From the NCBI GenBank assembly GCA_045588285.1, contig JAZNDV010000110.1, positions 1 through 34,338 of the forward strand: DNA of 34,338 nucleotides, in the 5' to 3' direction. Positions 1 to 9,110 of this stretch are shown one piece after another (within the stretch, counting starts at the first letter, position 1; each line of letters opens with the position of its first letter). The notes under the pieces were generated by a model. It was not told the origin of the DNA. It saw only the letters and a program-made list of their open reading frames with translations, and searched no databases. The position numbers and the translations under genes are program-made. Origin of the DNA: Eubacteriales bacterium. GTDB lineage: Bacteria; Bacillota; Clostridia; Oscillospirales; UBA644.

Positions 1-428
1 ACGACATGGCTACGATCCGACTTAACAAAACGAGGGAGCAATTAGAAGCCGTTTCTCCCAAAAGCAAATTGATCAAGGCAATCGTCGGCGGCATATTCGT
101 TGGATTTATCTGCGGCTTTGCCGGAGCCGGCGGTGGAATGATGCTTTTGCTCGTTCTGACTTCTTTCCTCGGTTACCCTATGCATTTGGCAGTTGGTACG
201 AGCGTATTTATAATGGCGTTTACGGCTCTTACGGGCGGCATCAGCCACTTTATGATTGGCGGATTGCCCGACCTTCTGTGCCTCGTCCTGTGCGTTGTGT
301 TTACGTTGCTTTGGGCAAGAATTGCCGCAAAAATCGCTAACAAATCTAATGCAAAAACCCTAAACAGAGTGGTCGGTGTTGTTATGATCGTCACGAGCAT
401 TGTAATCTTGGCTGTCAATTATCTTTAA
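1..428 (+). CDS. TauE/SafE (TSUP) family membrane transporter, C-terminal part. Probably truncated by the window edge, since the frame is open to position 3.
   Basis: The ORF 6..428 translation has a GFxGAGGG-type motif (FICGFAGAGGGMMLLLVL) and 4 predicted TM helices. This is typical of the second half of the duplicated TSUP fold. A stand-alone half-size protein starting at ATG 6 cannot be excluded. Confidence 0.65.
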   Translation, partial: DMATIRLNKTREQLEAVSPKSKLIKAIVGGIFVGFICGFAGAGGGMMLLLVLTSFLGYPMHLAVGTSVFIMAFTALTGGISHFMIGGLPDLLCLVLCVVFTLLWARIAAKIANKSNAKTLNRVVGVVMIVTSIVILAVNYL

Positions 429-682
429 TGTTTATTAAATAAGTAAGAATTTGTGATAGAAAGTCTCTATTTGTTTATGTTTTTGTCCGAAGGACACGAT
501 CTCATCTTGCAACGAAACTGCAAACATCGCTTCGAGTGTGGAGGGAACTTCATTGTGTGCGAAGCGGACGCAAAACGGAGTTTGCAGCAAGCCGCAAGCA
601 ATGTTTGTTTTTTTCATAAACAGTGTTTGATGATATTCGCCGTTTTATCAAAACAACTGTCTTACAAAGAAAAGGAAGAACC

Positions 683-1108
683 ATGTATTTAGACGATTTT
701 GTGATTGGCACGGAATATGAAATCCCTGAGGCTGAAATTGAGAGAGAAGAGATGCTGGAATTCGCCCGGCGTTACGACCCCTTCGCCATTCATTTAGACG
801 AAGAATATGCAAAAAAATCTCGGTTCGGAGGGCTGATTTCCCCCGGTCTCTATTCCCTTCTTGTGGTGTGGAAGCAATTCGTAGATTTGGAATTGTTCGG
901 CGATGAATTGGTTGCAGGAAAGTCAACAAAAGTTGAATTTTTGAAACCGGTTTATCCCGGGGACGTGTTGTCCGGAACTGCCCGGGTCATCAACGTCACC
1001 CGGCGCAATCAATACAATGGAATCGCCGAAGTTTCCATTAACGTTCGCAACCAAAAGGGAGAGGTTGTATTAACCGATCTTACGGAAGCCGTCGTCCGGT
1101 ATCGGTGA
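683..1108 (+). CDS. MaoC-like (R)-hydratase/dehydratase, hotdog fold
   Basis: ATG 683 follows AAGGAAG by about 5 nt. The translation (YLDDFVIG..., RYDPFAIHLDEEYAKKSRFGGLISPG, VTRRNQ...) resembles MaoC dehydratase domains. The upstream extension of the ORF to 623 lacks an RBS. Confidence 0.75.
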   Translation: MYLDDFVIGTEYEIPEAEIEREEMLEFARRYDPFAIHLDEEYAKKSRFGGLISPGLYSLLVVWKQFVDLELFGDELVAGKSTKVEFLKPVYPGDVLSGTARVINVTRRNQYNGIAEVSINVRNQKGEVVLTDLTEAVVRYR

Positions 1109-1151
1109 TGCTTCGTTTTACAAAAATCTTCAAAAAAAATGTAAATCAAAG

Positions 1152-1182
1152 AAAAAACGGCTCATTTCGAGACCGTTTTTTT
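1152..1182. terminator. Bidirectional rho-independent terminator between the convergent MaoC-like and XRE genes
   Basis: AAAAAACGGCTC-ATTTC-GAGACCGTTTTTT forms a GC stem with one bulge. It is flanked by an A-run on the left and a T-run on the right. Confidence 0.6.
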
Positions 1183-1186
1183 GCTT

Positions 1187-1399
1187 TTATCTGTTTTTTT
1201 CATTGGTTCTGCCAATAAGATAATCCGCCGAAACTTGATAAAAGTCGCATAATTTGATTAGGTCGTCGATTTTCAGTTCCGCCCGTCCGGATTCGATGTG
1301 ATTATATCCCTGCTGTGATTTGTTCAGGAGTTTTCCCAACTGCAATTGCGTCAGGTCTCGGTCTTCTCTCAGATTCTTCATTCTGACTCTGTAATCCAC
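1187..1399 (-). CDS. Small XRE/Cro-CI family helix-turn-helix transcriptional regulator (70 aa)
   Basis: The HTH_3-like sequence is LREDRDLTQLQLGKLLNKSQQGYNHIESGRAELKIDDLIKLCDFYQVSADYLIGR. The GTG start at 1399 follows GGAGGA (complement of 1409-1414) by about 9 nt. Confidence 0.85.
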   Translation of the reverse strand: MDYRVRMKNLREDRDLTQLQLGKLLNKSQQGYNHIESGRAELKIDDLIKLCDFYQVSADYLIGRTNEKNR

Positions 1400-1457
1400 G
1401 GTGATCGATCCTCCAAATGATTAAAAATGTAACGTTTGCGTAATTATTTTAACATAT

Positions 1458-1500
1458 TCAATTTTTGAGTATTGACTTTTACTCAAAAATTGAGTATAAT
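1458..1500 (+). promoter_or_regulatory. Sigma-A-type promoter (TTGACT-N17-TATAAT) embedded in a perfect 14-bp inverted repeat; likely operator of the adjacent XRE regulator
   Basis: The -35 TTGACT is at 1472-1477 and the -10 TATAAT at 1495-1500, with a 17-nt spacer. The inverted-repeat arms TCAATTTTTGAGTA (1458-1471) and TACTCAAAAATTGA (1480-1493) bracket the -35 and fill the spacer. Confidence 0.65.
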
Positions 1501-1718
1501 AGAGTCGAAAAGTTCTTAGGAAAAAGAAGTATTCAAGGGGAACGACCGATGAAAACGACAGAATTCTGTGAATAAACGGATAAAAAATTCAACTGCGTAG
1601 GACAGATTTTTTCATCAATTATCAAAAATACATACTTTTTCGTTATGATGCCTTTCTTTTCGTGCGAAAACATTTTTATCCCTATTTTGTCATTTTTAGC
1701 AAGTTTTCCCCTTTTCTA

Positions 1719-1747
1719 TTGACTTTTCCCGTAGTGTGTGCTACAAT
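1719..1747 (+). promoter_or_regulatory. Second sigma-A-type promoter upstream of the glycan locus (TTGACT-N17-TACAAT with TGn extension)
   Basis: TTGACT is at 1719-1724 and TGc-TACAAT at 1739-1747, with a 17-nt spacer. It lies about 110 nt upstream of ATG 1859. Confidence 0.55.
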
Positions 1748-1858
1748 ATACTTAATAATACAAAGATAGAGGAAAAAGATTCCTTCAGCATACGTCACTT
1801 TTTGCGTTGCAAAAAATCCCGTTCCGTGACGTAGCGGGAGGACTTAGGATTTATAGAA

Positions 1859-2992
1859 ATGAGTAAAAAAGTTGCGTATTTGATCAGCTGCTTTGATCAT
1901 TACGGGTGCCGTCTTCAGGTAATGGATGAGTGCCTCCGGTCTTCGGGGTATGATACCACTTATATTACCTCGGATTTCGATCACACTTTTAAGCAATCTT
2001 TTGTTTGTAAGGTTCCGGGGTGTATGCAGATTCATGCTCGCCCCTATCTCAAAAATCTTTCGGTGGATAGAATTCTCTCTCATCGCGCTTTTGCAAGAGA
2101 TGCTTTTCGGTTTTTTGAAAGTCTTCCGGAAGAGCCGGAACTGATCGTCGTACATATTCCTCCCAATTTCTTAGCGCATTATGCTGCGAAATACAAGAAG
2201 AAGCACCCGAACGTAAAACTGATTTTCGATATTTTCGATTTGTGGCCCGAAACCTTTCCTTTTGGGAAATTAAAGAAATTGCTCACTCCGGTCTTCCGCG
2301 TTTGGGCATGGATTCGGGATCACAGCCTGCATGCGGCGGACTTTATTACGACGGAATGTGATCTATTTCGTGAAAAACTGAAATTATCAAAAGAGAAGTC
2401 CGCAACGGTATACCTGTGTGCAAAACCGCTTGATATTCCCCCCGCTCCCGTGGTTCTTCGGGAAGATGCGCTGGATCTTTGCTATTTAGGCGCAATCAAT
2501 AACGTTATCGGAATTTCGGATATTTCTCTACTGATTGAACGGTTGGTAAAAGAAAAACCCGTGACGTTGCATATCATCGGCAAGGGGGAACGTGAGCAGG
2601 AATTTATCGATTCCGCAAAAGCCGCCGGGGCAGAGGTCGTTTTCTACGGTCCTATCTACGACGATGTGAAAAAGCAGGAGATCATAAACCGCTGCCATTT
2701 TGGTCTGAATATTATGAAATCCTCCGTCTGCGTCGGTTTGACCATGAAATCTGTCGACTATTTCCGCTTCGGCTTGCCCATTATCAACAATATTCCTGCA
2801 GATACCCAAAGATTGGTGGAAAAAAACGGCATCGGTGTTCCGCTCGATTCGAAGTGTGCGGAAAAGATTTTGAATTTGAATACTACAGATGTTTTACAAA
2901 TGCGAGTGCATGTTTATGATATGTTTGCCCAGAATTTTTCCGAGCAAATAATTGATGAACAATACAAGAAAATGATGAATAGACTTGAGTGA
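1859..2992 (+). CDS. GT-B fold glycosyltransferase (GT4-like, WbuB/WcaI-like)
   Basis: The 377-aa protein starts with an N-terminal Rossmann beta-strand (KVAYLISCFDHYG). It has an IFDLWPE motif typical of WbuB/WcaI-type GT4 enzymes. It is the first gene of a co-directional glycan cluster. Confidence 0.7.
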   Translation: MSKKVAYLISCFDHYGCRLQVMDECLRSSGYDTTYITSDFDHTFKQSFVCKVPGCMQIHARPYLKNLSVDRILSHRAFARDAFRFFESLPEEPELIVVHIPPNFLAHYAAKYKKKHPNVKLIFDIFDLWPETFPFGKLKKLLTPVFRVWAWIRDHSLHAADFITTECDLFREKLKLSKEKSATVYLCAKPLDIPPAPVVLREDALDLCYLGAINNVIGISDISLLIERLVKEKPVTLHIIGKGEREQEFIDSAKAAGAEVVFYGPIYDDVKKQEIINRCHFGLNIMKSSVCVGLTMKSVDYFRFGLPIINNIPADTQRLVEKNGIGVPLDSKCAEKILNLNTTDVLQMRVHVYDMFAQNFSEQIIDEQYKKMMNRLE

Positions 2993-2999
2993 GGATACT

Positions 3000-3938
3000 A
3001 TGTCGAATCCTATAGTACGTATTTTGTTAGCCACATATAACGGCAAGAGTTATATTCGTGAAATGGTGGATTCAGTTTTAGACCAAGATTATCCAAATAT
3101 CCATATTGTACTGTCTGATGACGGGTCCAATGATGGTACGGATTTGATTCTTGAGGAATATGCTACTGCAAATCCTGAAAAAATCACGCATTATAAATCC
3201 GGATTGCGCTTTGGTTGTGCACAGAAGCATTTCATGCATCTTCTTTCGAAGTTTCAGAACGCACCGTATATTATGTTTTGTGATCAAGATGATGTGTGGC
3301 ATCCGGACAAGGTTCGTAAAACTTTAGAAAAAATGAAGTCGGTTGAGCCTGATTCTTCGGTTCCGTCTATGGTGCATACAGACCTTCGGGTTGTGGATGG
3401 GAACCTTACAGAAATTTCTCCGTCCTTCTGTAAACATTCTAAGTTGGATGGAACTCGGCTTGCATTGAATCAGTTACTTGTGCAAAACGTAGTCACCGGC
3501 TGTACGATGATGATTAACAATTCTCTTGCAAAGATTGCTTGCGGGAATTATTCGGAAGATGGAATGATGATGCACGATTGGTGGTTGGCTTTGCTGGCAT
3601 CTGCTTGCGGAAAAACAGGGTTTCTTGATGAGGCAACCATCGATTATCGACAACACGGAAACAATTCCGTCGGTGCCAAAAATGTGTATTCTATAAAATA
3701 CTTGGTGAACAGGTTGCAATCTAAAAAAATGCGTGGATCTTTGAGAGATGCCGCCGGTCAGGCAGAATTATTTCTTTCTTGCTATGAAAATCTTTTAGGT
3801 ACGAATCAGAAAGAATTGTTATTTGCTTTTGGAAAAACCGCAAGAATGGGAATCCTGAAAAAGAATTATGTCTATTTTAAGTTCGGGTTGTTGAAATACG
3901 GAGTCGTTCGAAAAATCGGTCAAGTTTTAGGAATATGA
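3000..3938 (+). CDS. GT2 (GT-A fold) glycosyltransferase, rhamnosyltransferase-like
   Basis: Motifs are ILLATYNG..YI..(DSVL)DQDY, SDDGSNDGT and CDQDDVWHPDK. ATG 3000 follows GAGGA; the 2985 start would overlap the preceding gene. Confidence 0.8.
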   Translation: MSNPIVRILLATYNGKSYIREMVDSVLDQDYPNIHIVLSDDGSNDGTDLILEEYATANPEKITHYKSGLRFGCAQKHFMHLLSKFQNAPYIMFCDQDDVWHPDKVRKTLEKMKSVEPDSSVPSMVHTDLRVVDGNLTEISPSFCKHSKLDGTRLALNQLLVQNVVTGCTMMINNSLAKIACGNYSEDGMMMHDWWLALLASACGKTGFLDEATIDYRQHGNNSVGAKNVYSIKYLVNRLQSKKMRGSLRDAAGQAELFLSCYENLLGTNQKELLFAFGKTARMGILKKNYVYFKFGLLKYGVVRKIGQVLGI

Positions 3939-3956
3939 TTTGTTGATTTACGAGGT

Positions 3957-5510
3957 ATGATGATGAAAAATAATGTTAGAGCTTCAGGCAACACAAGAAA
4001 ACAGTTTTTCGGAACGTTGATTACTGCCTTTGCAGGATTCTTTTTGATGTCGGTTAGCCTAGTCTTGAATCCCGTTAACCATTACGTCAATGGATTGTTC
4101 TTGGTTTTATGTTCTGTTATACTGTATTTCTTCTGTGTGCTTACTCTTTCAGATAAAAACTGGATGGATATCCGAGCCGTTTTTTCTTTAATTTGGTTTT
4201 CTACGATTGGACTGGCCTCCTTTCGCTTAACAGATTATCAGGAGCCTTGGCAGCGAGGTACATGGTTCTTGGTGGCGGTGACCTACGCAATGTTTCAAGT
4301 GGGTGCGGCGCTTGGTATTTACGGTGGTTATAAAATGATTCCCCCTTTGATGAAAAAAGCAAAAAATCTGCGTTTGGGGAGAATCGGATTTAAGTTGCAG
4401 GAAAACCGATTGTTCTGGATATGTATTGTTACAACTGTGGTTGGTTTGGTTTGTTTTATTATCAACGTTTTTATCCGAGGATACATTCCATGCTTTTCGG
4501 ACAGTCCCACCGCGTATGTTGATTTTTACACCCGGTTGCATGTGTTTTCTGTTGCGTCTACCGGTGTTTGTGGGCTTTGCTATTATTGTATTCGGACTCA
4601 AAAAATCAGCGTTGTAAAAAGAGTGGTTTTGTGGAGCTGTATTTTCTACGAATTGATATTGTTTCCCATTTTAGTTGTTTCCAGAGGAACTTTCGTTGTT
4701 GCCGCGGTTTCCTTTACGGTTGTTGTGTTTTATTTGCATAAAAAGAAATTTATTTCATTGGTTCTTTGCCTCTTGGTTATTTTGGGTGTTTATATGATTT
4801 CATCAAAAATCAGAGGATACACGGACGCTCAGCTGCAAGTCTTTTTTGAACCGTCTAAAATCACCGTTGACCCTTCCGGAGTCCCTAACTCTAGTAAGGG
4901 AACTGATACGAACGCAGACCGTACAGATAGTTTGTCCACGGATTCTGAGATTAGTTCAAGCAGTACAGATTCCGATATCAGTATGAATGGTACTGATTCA
5001 GGCGTTGATTCAAATGATTCGGATGTGATTTCCTTTTCACTGTCTCCTAAAATGGCGTTTTTGTACGGATATTTGACTGTAAGTCACGATAATTTTAACG
5101 AGGCGGTCCAGAATACGAAAAATTTTAGTTTAGGAATCCGACAATTGCAACCTTTTAACGTAATTCTGCGGAGTCAATGGGTATCAATGAAGGCAGAAGG
5201 TCTGGAACACCATTTGGTTCGTCCACACCTGAACACCACCAACTTGATTGGGGATTTCTACTATGACTTCGGCGCGTTGGGAGTAATCTTTTGCACCTTG
5301 ATTTGGGCGTTTGTGTTTGGTTTTATACAATCGTTTTATGAAAAAAGCGGAGATGCGTTCTCTTTGCTGGTTTTGGGGAATTCAATGATTCCTATTGCAC
5401 TGTGTTTCTTCGCCTCCTGGCTTAGTGTATTCAGTCAATGGTTGCTTTGGGGTGTTGTCCTAATCTTTTGGGTAGCGGCATGCCTTAAGATTAAATCCAG
5501 AAAACGATAA
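3957..5510 (+). CDS. wzy: Wzy-like oligosaccharide repeat-unit polymerase, polytopic membrane protein
   Basis: The 517-aa protein has more than 10 hydrophobic segments, no soluble catalytic motifs and one large hydrophilic loop. It sits between glycosyltransferases and rml genes in a locus that also encodes Wzx. Three consecutive ATGs occur at 3957/3960/3963, and 3963 is best spaced from GAGG. Confidence 0.6.
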   Translation: MMMKNNVRASGNTRKQFFGTLITAFAGFFLMSVSLVLNPVNHYVNGLFLVLCSVILYFFCVLTLSDKNWMDIRAVFSLIWFSTIGLASFRLTDYQEPWQRGTWFLVAVTYAMFQVGAALGIYGGYKMIPPLMKKAKNLRLGRIGFKLQENRLFWICIVTTVVGLVCFIINVFIRGYIPCFSDSPTAYVDFYTRLHVFSVASTGVCGLCYYCIRTQKISVVKRVVLWSCIFYELILFPILVVSRGTFVVAAVSFTVVVFYLHKKKFISLVLCLLVILGVYMISSKIRGYTDAQLQVFFEPSKITVDPSGVPNSSKGTDTNADRTDSLSTDSEISSSSTDSDISMNGTDSGVDSNDSDVISFSLSPKMAFLYGYLTVSHDNFNEAVQNTKNFSLGIRQLQPFNVILRSQWVSMKAEGLEHHLVRPHLNTTNLIGDFYYDFGALGVIFCTLIWAFVFGFIQSFYEKSGDAFSLLVLGNSMIPIALCFFASWLSVFSQWLLWGVVLIFWVAACLKIKSRKR

Positions 5511-5541
5511 AAAATTGATAAACGAAGGAGGAATTTCATAT

Positions 5542-6438
5542 ATGAAAGGAATCATTCTTGCCGGAGGGTCCGGCACGCGGTTATACCCTTTGACGAAGGT
5601 TACGTCGAAGCAGTTGCTTCCGATCTACGATAAGCCGATGATCTACTATCCCATGTCGGTGTTGATGAATGCGGGGATTCGGGATATTCTGATTATCTCT
5701 ACCCCTCAGGACACGCCCCGCTTCCGGGATTTGCTTGGAGATGGAAAACAATTTGGGGTGAATTTGTCTTACGCGGTTCAGCCTTCTCCCGACGGTTTGG
5801 CACAGGCGTTTATTATCGGTGCCGATTTCATTGGTTCCGATCCCGTCGCGATGGTGTTGGGTGATAATATTTTTGCAGGTCACGGCTTGAAAAAGCGGCT
5901 CCGTGCTGCCGTAGATAATGCAGTTTCCGGGAAAGGTGCCACCGTATTCGGATATTACGTGGACGATCCCGAACGGTTTGGTATCGTTGAGTTTGATGCT
6001 GACGGACGAGCGATTTCCATCGAAGAAAAGCCGGAAAAGCCCAAGAGCAATTACTGCGTTACCGGTCTCTACTTTTACGACAACCGGGTCGTGGAATATG
6101 CGAAGGATCTGAAGCCTTCTCCCCGGGGAGAGTTGGAAATTACCGATTTGAACCGCATCTATCTGGAGCAGGGTGACTTGAACGTAGAGTTGTTGGGACA
6201 AGGATTTACCTGGCTGGATACCGGGACCCACGAAAGTCTTGTGGAGGCGACGAATTTCGTTAAGACCGTGGAAACCCATCAGCACCGCAAGATCGCTTGT
6301 TTGGAAGAGATTGCTTATCTGAACGGCTGGATCTCCAAGGAAGAGGTTTTGGAAGTCTACGAAGTTTTGAAGAAAAACCAATACGGACAGTACTTGAAAG
6401 ACGTTCTGGACGGAAAATATATTGACGTGCTTCACTGA
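5542..6438 (+). CDS. rfbA: Glucose-1-phosphate thymidylyltransferase
   Basis: The N-terminus [34 protein letters not shown] is the RmlA signature. GAAGGAGG lies 8 nt upstream of ATG 5542. Confidence 0.95.
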   Translation: MKGIILAGGSGTRLYPLTKVTSKQLLPIYDKPMIYYPMSVLMNAGIRDILIISTPQDTPRFRDLLGDGKQFGVNLSYAVQPSPDGLAQAFIIGADFIGSDPVAMVLGDNIFAGHGLKKRLRAAVDNAVSGKGATVFGYYVDDPERFGIVEFDADGRAISIEEKPEKPKSNYCVTGLYFYDNRVVEYAKDLKPSPRGELEITDLNRIYLEQGDLNVELLGQGFTWLDTGTHESLVEATNFVKTVETHQHRKIACLEEIAYLNGWISKEEVLEVYEVLKKNQYGQYLKDVLDGKYIDVLH

Positions 6439-6457
6439 TTTATTGGAGGAAAACAAC

Positions 6458-7477
6458 ATGACCATCATCGTTACCGGCGGTGCCGGATTTATCGGTTCCA
6501 ATTTCGTATTCCATATGTTGGGAAAATATCCGGAGTATCGTATTATCTGTTTGGACAAACTGACCTATGCGGGAAACCTTTCTACCTTGGCTCCTGTGAT
6601 GGACAACCCCAATTTCCGGTTTGTAAAAATGGATATCTGCGACAGGGAAGGGGTCTATAAGCTTTTTGAAGAGGAACACCCCGACATCGTCGTCAATTTT
6701 GCGGCAGAAAGCCACGTGGACCGTTCCATCGAAAATCCCGAAGTCTTCCTGCAGACCAACATTCTCGGCACACAGGTTCTGATGGACGCTTGCCGGAAAT
6801 ACGGAATCACCCGTTATCATCAGGTCTCTACCGACGAAGTGTACGGCGATCTTCCCCTCGACCGTCCCGACCTGTTCTTCACTGAGGAAACCCCCATTCA
6901 TACCTCTTCTCCCTATTCCTCGTCCAAGGCAGGGGCAGATTTGTTGGTTCTTGCTTATCACCGTACCTTTGGTCTTCCCGTAACCATTTCCCGTTGCTCC
7001 AACAACTACGGTCCCTATCACTTTCCCGAAAAATTGATTCCTTTGATGATTGCAAACGCTCTCAACGATAAACCCCTGCCCGTTTACGGCGAAGGGTTGA
7101 ACGTCCGGGACTGGCTGTACGTGGAAGACCATTGTAAAGCCATTGATCTGATTATCCACAAGGGTCGTGTCGGTGAAGTTTACAACATCGGCGGACACAA
7201 CGAAATGAAGAATATTGATATCGTCAAGATCATCTGTAAAGCATTGGACAAGCCTGAAAGCTTGATCACCTACGTTACCGACCGCAAGGGACACGATATG
7301 CGTTACGCCATTGACCCCACCAAGATTCATAACGAATTGGGCTGGCTGCCCGAGACCAAGTTCGTCGATGGAATTCAGAAGACGATTCAATGGTATTTGG
7401 ATAATCGGGAATGGTGGGAAACCATCATCTCCGGCGAATATCAGAATTATTACGAAAAAATGTATGGCAAGCGCTGA
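6458..7477 (+). CDS. rfbB: dTDP-glucose 4,6-dehydratase
   Basis: The protein has TGGAGFIGSNF, an YSSSKAGADLL catalytic motif and typical RmlB length. GGAGGA lies upstream of ATG 6458. Confidence 0.95.
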   Translation: MTIIVTGGAGFIGSNFVFHMLGKYPEYRIICLDKLTYAGNLSTLAPVMDNPNFRFVKMDICDREGVYKLFEEEHPDIVVNFAAESHVDRSIENPEVFLQTNILGTQVLMDACRKYGITRYHQVSTDEVYGDLPLDRPDLFFTEETPIHTSSPYSSSKAGADLLVLAYHRTFGLPVTISRCSNNYGPYHFPEKLIPLMIANALNDKPLPVYGEGLNVRDWLYVEDHCKAIDLIIHKGRVGEVYNIGGHNEMKNIDIVKIICKALDKPESLITYVTDRKGHDMRYAIDPTKIHNELGWLPETKFVDGIQKTIQWYLDNREWWETIISGEYQNYYEKMYGKR

Positions 7478-7500
7478 TTTTTTGGTTGCTCACCACGTTG

Positions 7501-7528
7501 CCCACGATGGTATTGTTACCATTGTGGG
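7501..7528 (+). other. Intercistronic RNA hairpin in the 99-bp rmlB-rmlD spacer
   Basis: CCCACGATGGTA-TTGT-TACCATTGTGGG gives a 12-bp stem including one G-U pair. No T-run follows, so it is not a classical terminator. Confidence 0.4.
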
Positions 7529-7576
7529 TCGTCGTGTGATTTCCCTATTTTTACTTTCCCATTAAAAGGAGTTTTT

Positions 7577-8485
7577 ATGAAAGTCTTTGTAACCGGCGTT
7601 TGCGGACAGCTTGGCCACGATGTCATGCAGGAATTGCATCGCCGCGGGCGCGAATGTATCGGCAGCGACGTTATGGCGGAATATGCCGGCATTTCGTCTG
7701 AAGTAGCAACGCTTCCTTACGTCTCTTTGGATATTACCGATGCTGCAGCGGTGGAGAAGGTCTTGACCGAACTGCGTCCCGATGCCGTCATTCACTGTGC
7801 CGCATGGACTGCGGTAGATGCGGCAGAAGATGAGGAAAATCAAGCAAAAGTTTATGCCATCAACGCGGACGGAACACGGAATATCGCAAAGGTTTGCCGT
7901 GAAATTCAATCCAAAATGGTTTACATCAGCACCGATTACGTTTTTGATGGACAAGGAACGGAACCTTGGTCTCCTGATTGTAAAAACTATGCACCGCTGA
8001 GTGTGTACGGTAAAACCAAATTGGAAGGGGAGCTTGCTGTTTCTGAGCTTTTGGACCGGTACTTTATCGTCCGTATCGCTTGGGTTTTTGGGTTGAACGG
8101 CAAAAACTTCATTAAGACCATGCTGAACGTGGGTAAAAAATACGATACCGTCCGGGTGGTTAACGATCAGATCGGAACCCCGACCTATACGCTGGATCTA
8201 TCCCGTCTTTTGGTTGATATGGTAGAATCGGAAAAATACGGCTATTATCACGCTACCAACGAAGGCGGCTATATTTCTTGGTATGATTTTACCTGTGAAA
8301 TTTTCCGGCAAGCGGGCTATTCGACCAAGGTGGTTCCCGTTACTACCGAAGAATACGGCCTTTCCAAGGCAGCCCGCCCCTTTAACAGCCGTTTGGACAA
8401 ATCCAAATTGGCAGAATCCGGCTTTGCACCTTTGCCTACCTGGCAGGACGCGTTGAGCCGATATTTGAATGAATTCAAGGAGTAA
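7577..8485 (+). CDS. rfbD: dTDP-4-dehydrorhamnose reductase
   Basis: MKVFVTGVCGQLG..., the YGKTKLEGE catalytic motif and the STDYVFDG motif are present. AAAGGAG lies upstream of ATG 7577. Confidence 0.93.
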   Translation: MKVFVTGVCGQLGHDVMQELHRRGRECIGSDVMAEYAGISSEVATLPYVSLDITDAAAVEKVLTELRPDAVIHCAAWTAVDAAEDEENQAKVYAINADGTRNIAKVCREIQSKMVYISTDYVFDGQGTEPWSPDCKNYAPLSVYGKTKLEGELAVSELLDRYFIVRIAWVFGLNGKNFIKTMLNVGKKYDTVRVVNDQIGTPTYTLDLSRLLVDMVESEKYGYYHATNEGGYISWYDFTCEIFRQAGYSTKVVPVTTEEYGLSKAARPFNSRLDKSKLAESGFAPLPTWQDALSRYLNEFKE

Positions 8486-8490
8486 CTGAG

Positions 8491-9099
8491 ATGGGTCAGA
8501 TTACAGTCGAAAAGAACGTAGGCGGAATTGAAGGGCTGTGCGTCATTCAACCTGCCGTTCACGGAGATCACCGTGGGTATTTTATGGAAACCTACAGTCA
8601 AAGAGATATGGCGGAAGCCGGATTGGATATTCCCTTTGTGCAGGACAATCAGAGTATGTCTGTTAAGGGCGTTTTGCGGGGACTTCACTTCCAAAAACAA
8701 TATCCTCAGACCAAATTGGTACGGGCAATCAAAGGGAGCGTTTTTGACGTTGCCGTTGATCTTCGTTCCGGTTCTGCTACTTACGGCAAGTGGTACGGCG
8801 TTCTTTTGACCGAAGAAAACAAAAAGCAGTTCTTGATTCCCAAGGGCTTCGCTCACGGATTTTTGGTTCTGACCGATACGGCGGAATTCTGCTATAAATG
8901 CGATGATTTTTATCATGCCAACGACGAAGGCGGACTTGCCTGGAACGACCCTGCCATCGGCATCGAGTGGCCCGGTCTGGTCGGAACTTATCACGGTTCC
9001 GCTTCTTCGGAAGGCTACACCCTCTCCGACGGTACCCCCCTCAACCTCAGCGACAAAGACCAAAAGTGGCTGGGGCTGAAAGATACGTTTCGATTTTAA
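8491..9099 (+). CDS. rfbC: dTDP-4-dehydrorhamnose 3,5-epimerase
   Basis: HGDHRGYF.E, RGLHFQ, QTKLVRAIKGSVFDVAVDLR and PKGFAHGF are the RmlC cupin signature. Confidence 0.93.
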   Translation: MGQITVEKNVGGIEGLCVIQPAVHGDHRGYFMETYSQRDMAEAGLDIPFVQDNQSMSVKGVLRGLHFQKQYPQTKLVRAIKGSVFDVAVDLRSGSATYGKWYGVLLTEENKKQFLIPKGFAHGFLVLTDTAEFCYKCDDFYHANDEGGLAWNDPAIGIEWPGLVGTYHGSASSEGYTLSDGTPLNLSDKDQKWLGLKDTFRF

Positions 9100-9110
9100 G
9101 GAGCTTTGGA

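Noticed and set aside
435-617. 60-aa minus-strand ORF (MKKTNIACGLLQ...) in the TauE/MaoC spacer
   Set aside because: No Shine-Dalgarno sequence lies upstream of its ATG. The ORF coincides with the nested hairpin, which explains the open frame. I treat the region as an RNA structure instead.
1559-1585. 8-codon mini-ORF (MKTTEFCE) with an AAGGGGA RBS downstream of the XRE-gated promoter
   Set aside because: It is too short to evaluate. No obvious attenuator or terminator follows that would make it a leader peptide. It is only worth checking by ribosome profiling.
5581-7390. Long minus-strand ORFs (5581-6558, 325 aa; 6440-7390, 316 aa) antisense to rmlA/rmlB
   Set aside because: The plus-strand frames encode textbook RmlA and RmlB. 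The antisense translations are low-complexity, lack an RBS and match no recognisable family. They are typical shadow ORFs of GC-richer genes.
8317-9063. 248-aa minus-strand ORF antisense to rmlD/rmlC
   Set aside because: It is a shadow ORF opposite unambiguous RmlD/RmlC coding sequence.
8967-9110. N-terminal 48-aa extension of the glycosyltransferase ORF, starting at 8967
   Set aside because: It overlaps the 3' end of rfbC in another frame. It is Arg/Pro-rich nonsense. The ATG at 9111 has a proper AAGGAG RBS and starts the conserved N-terminus.
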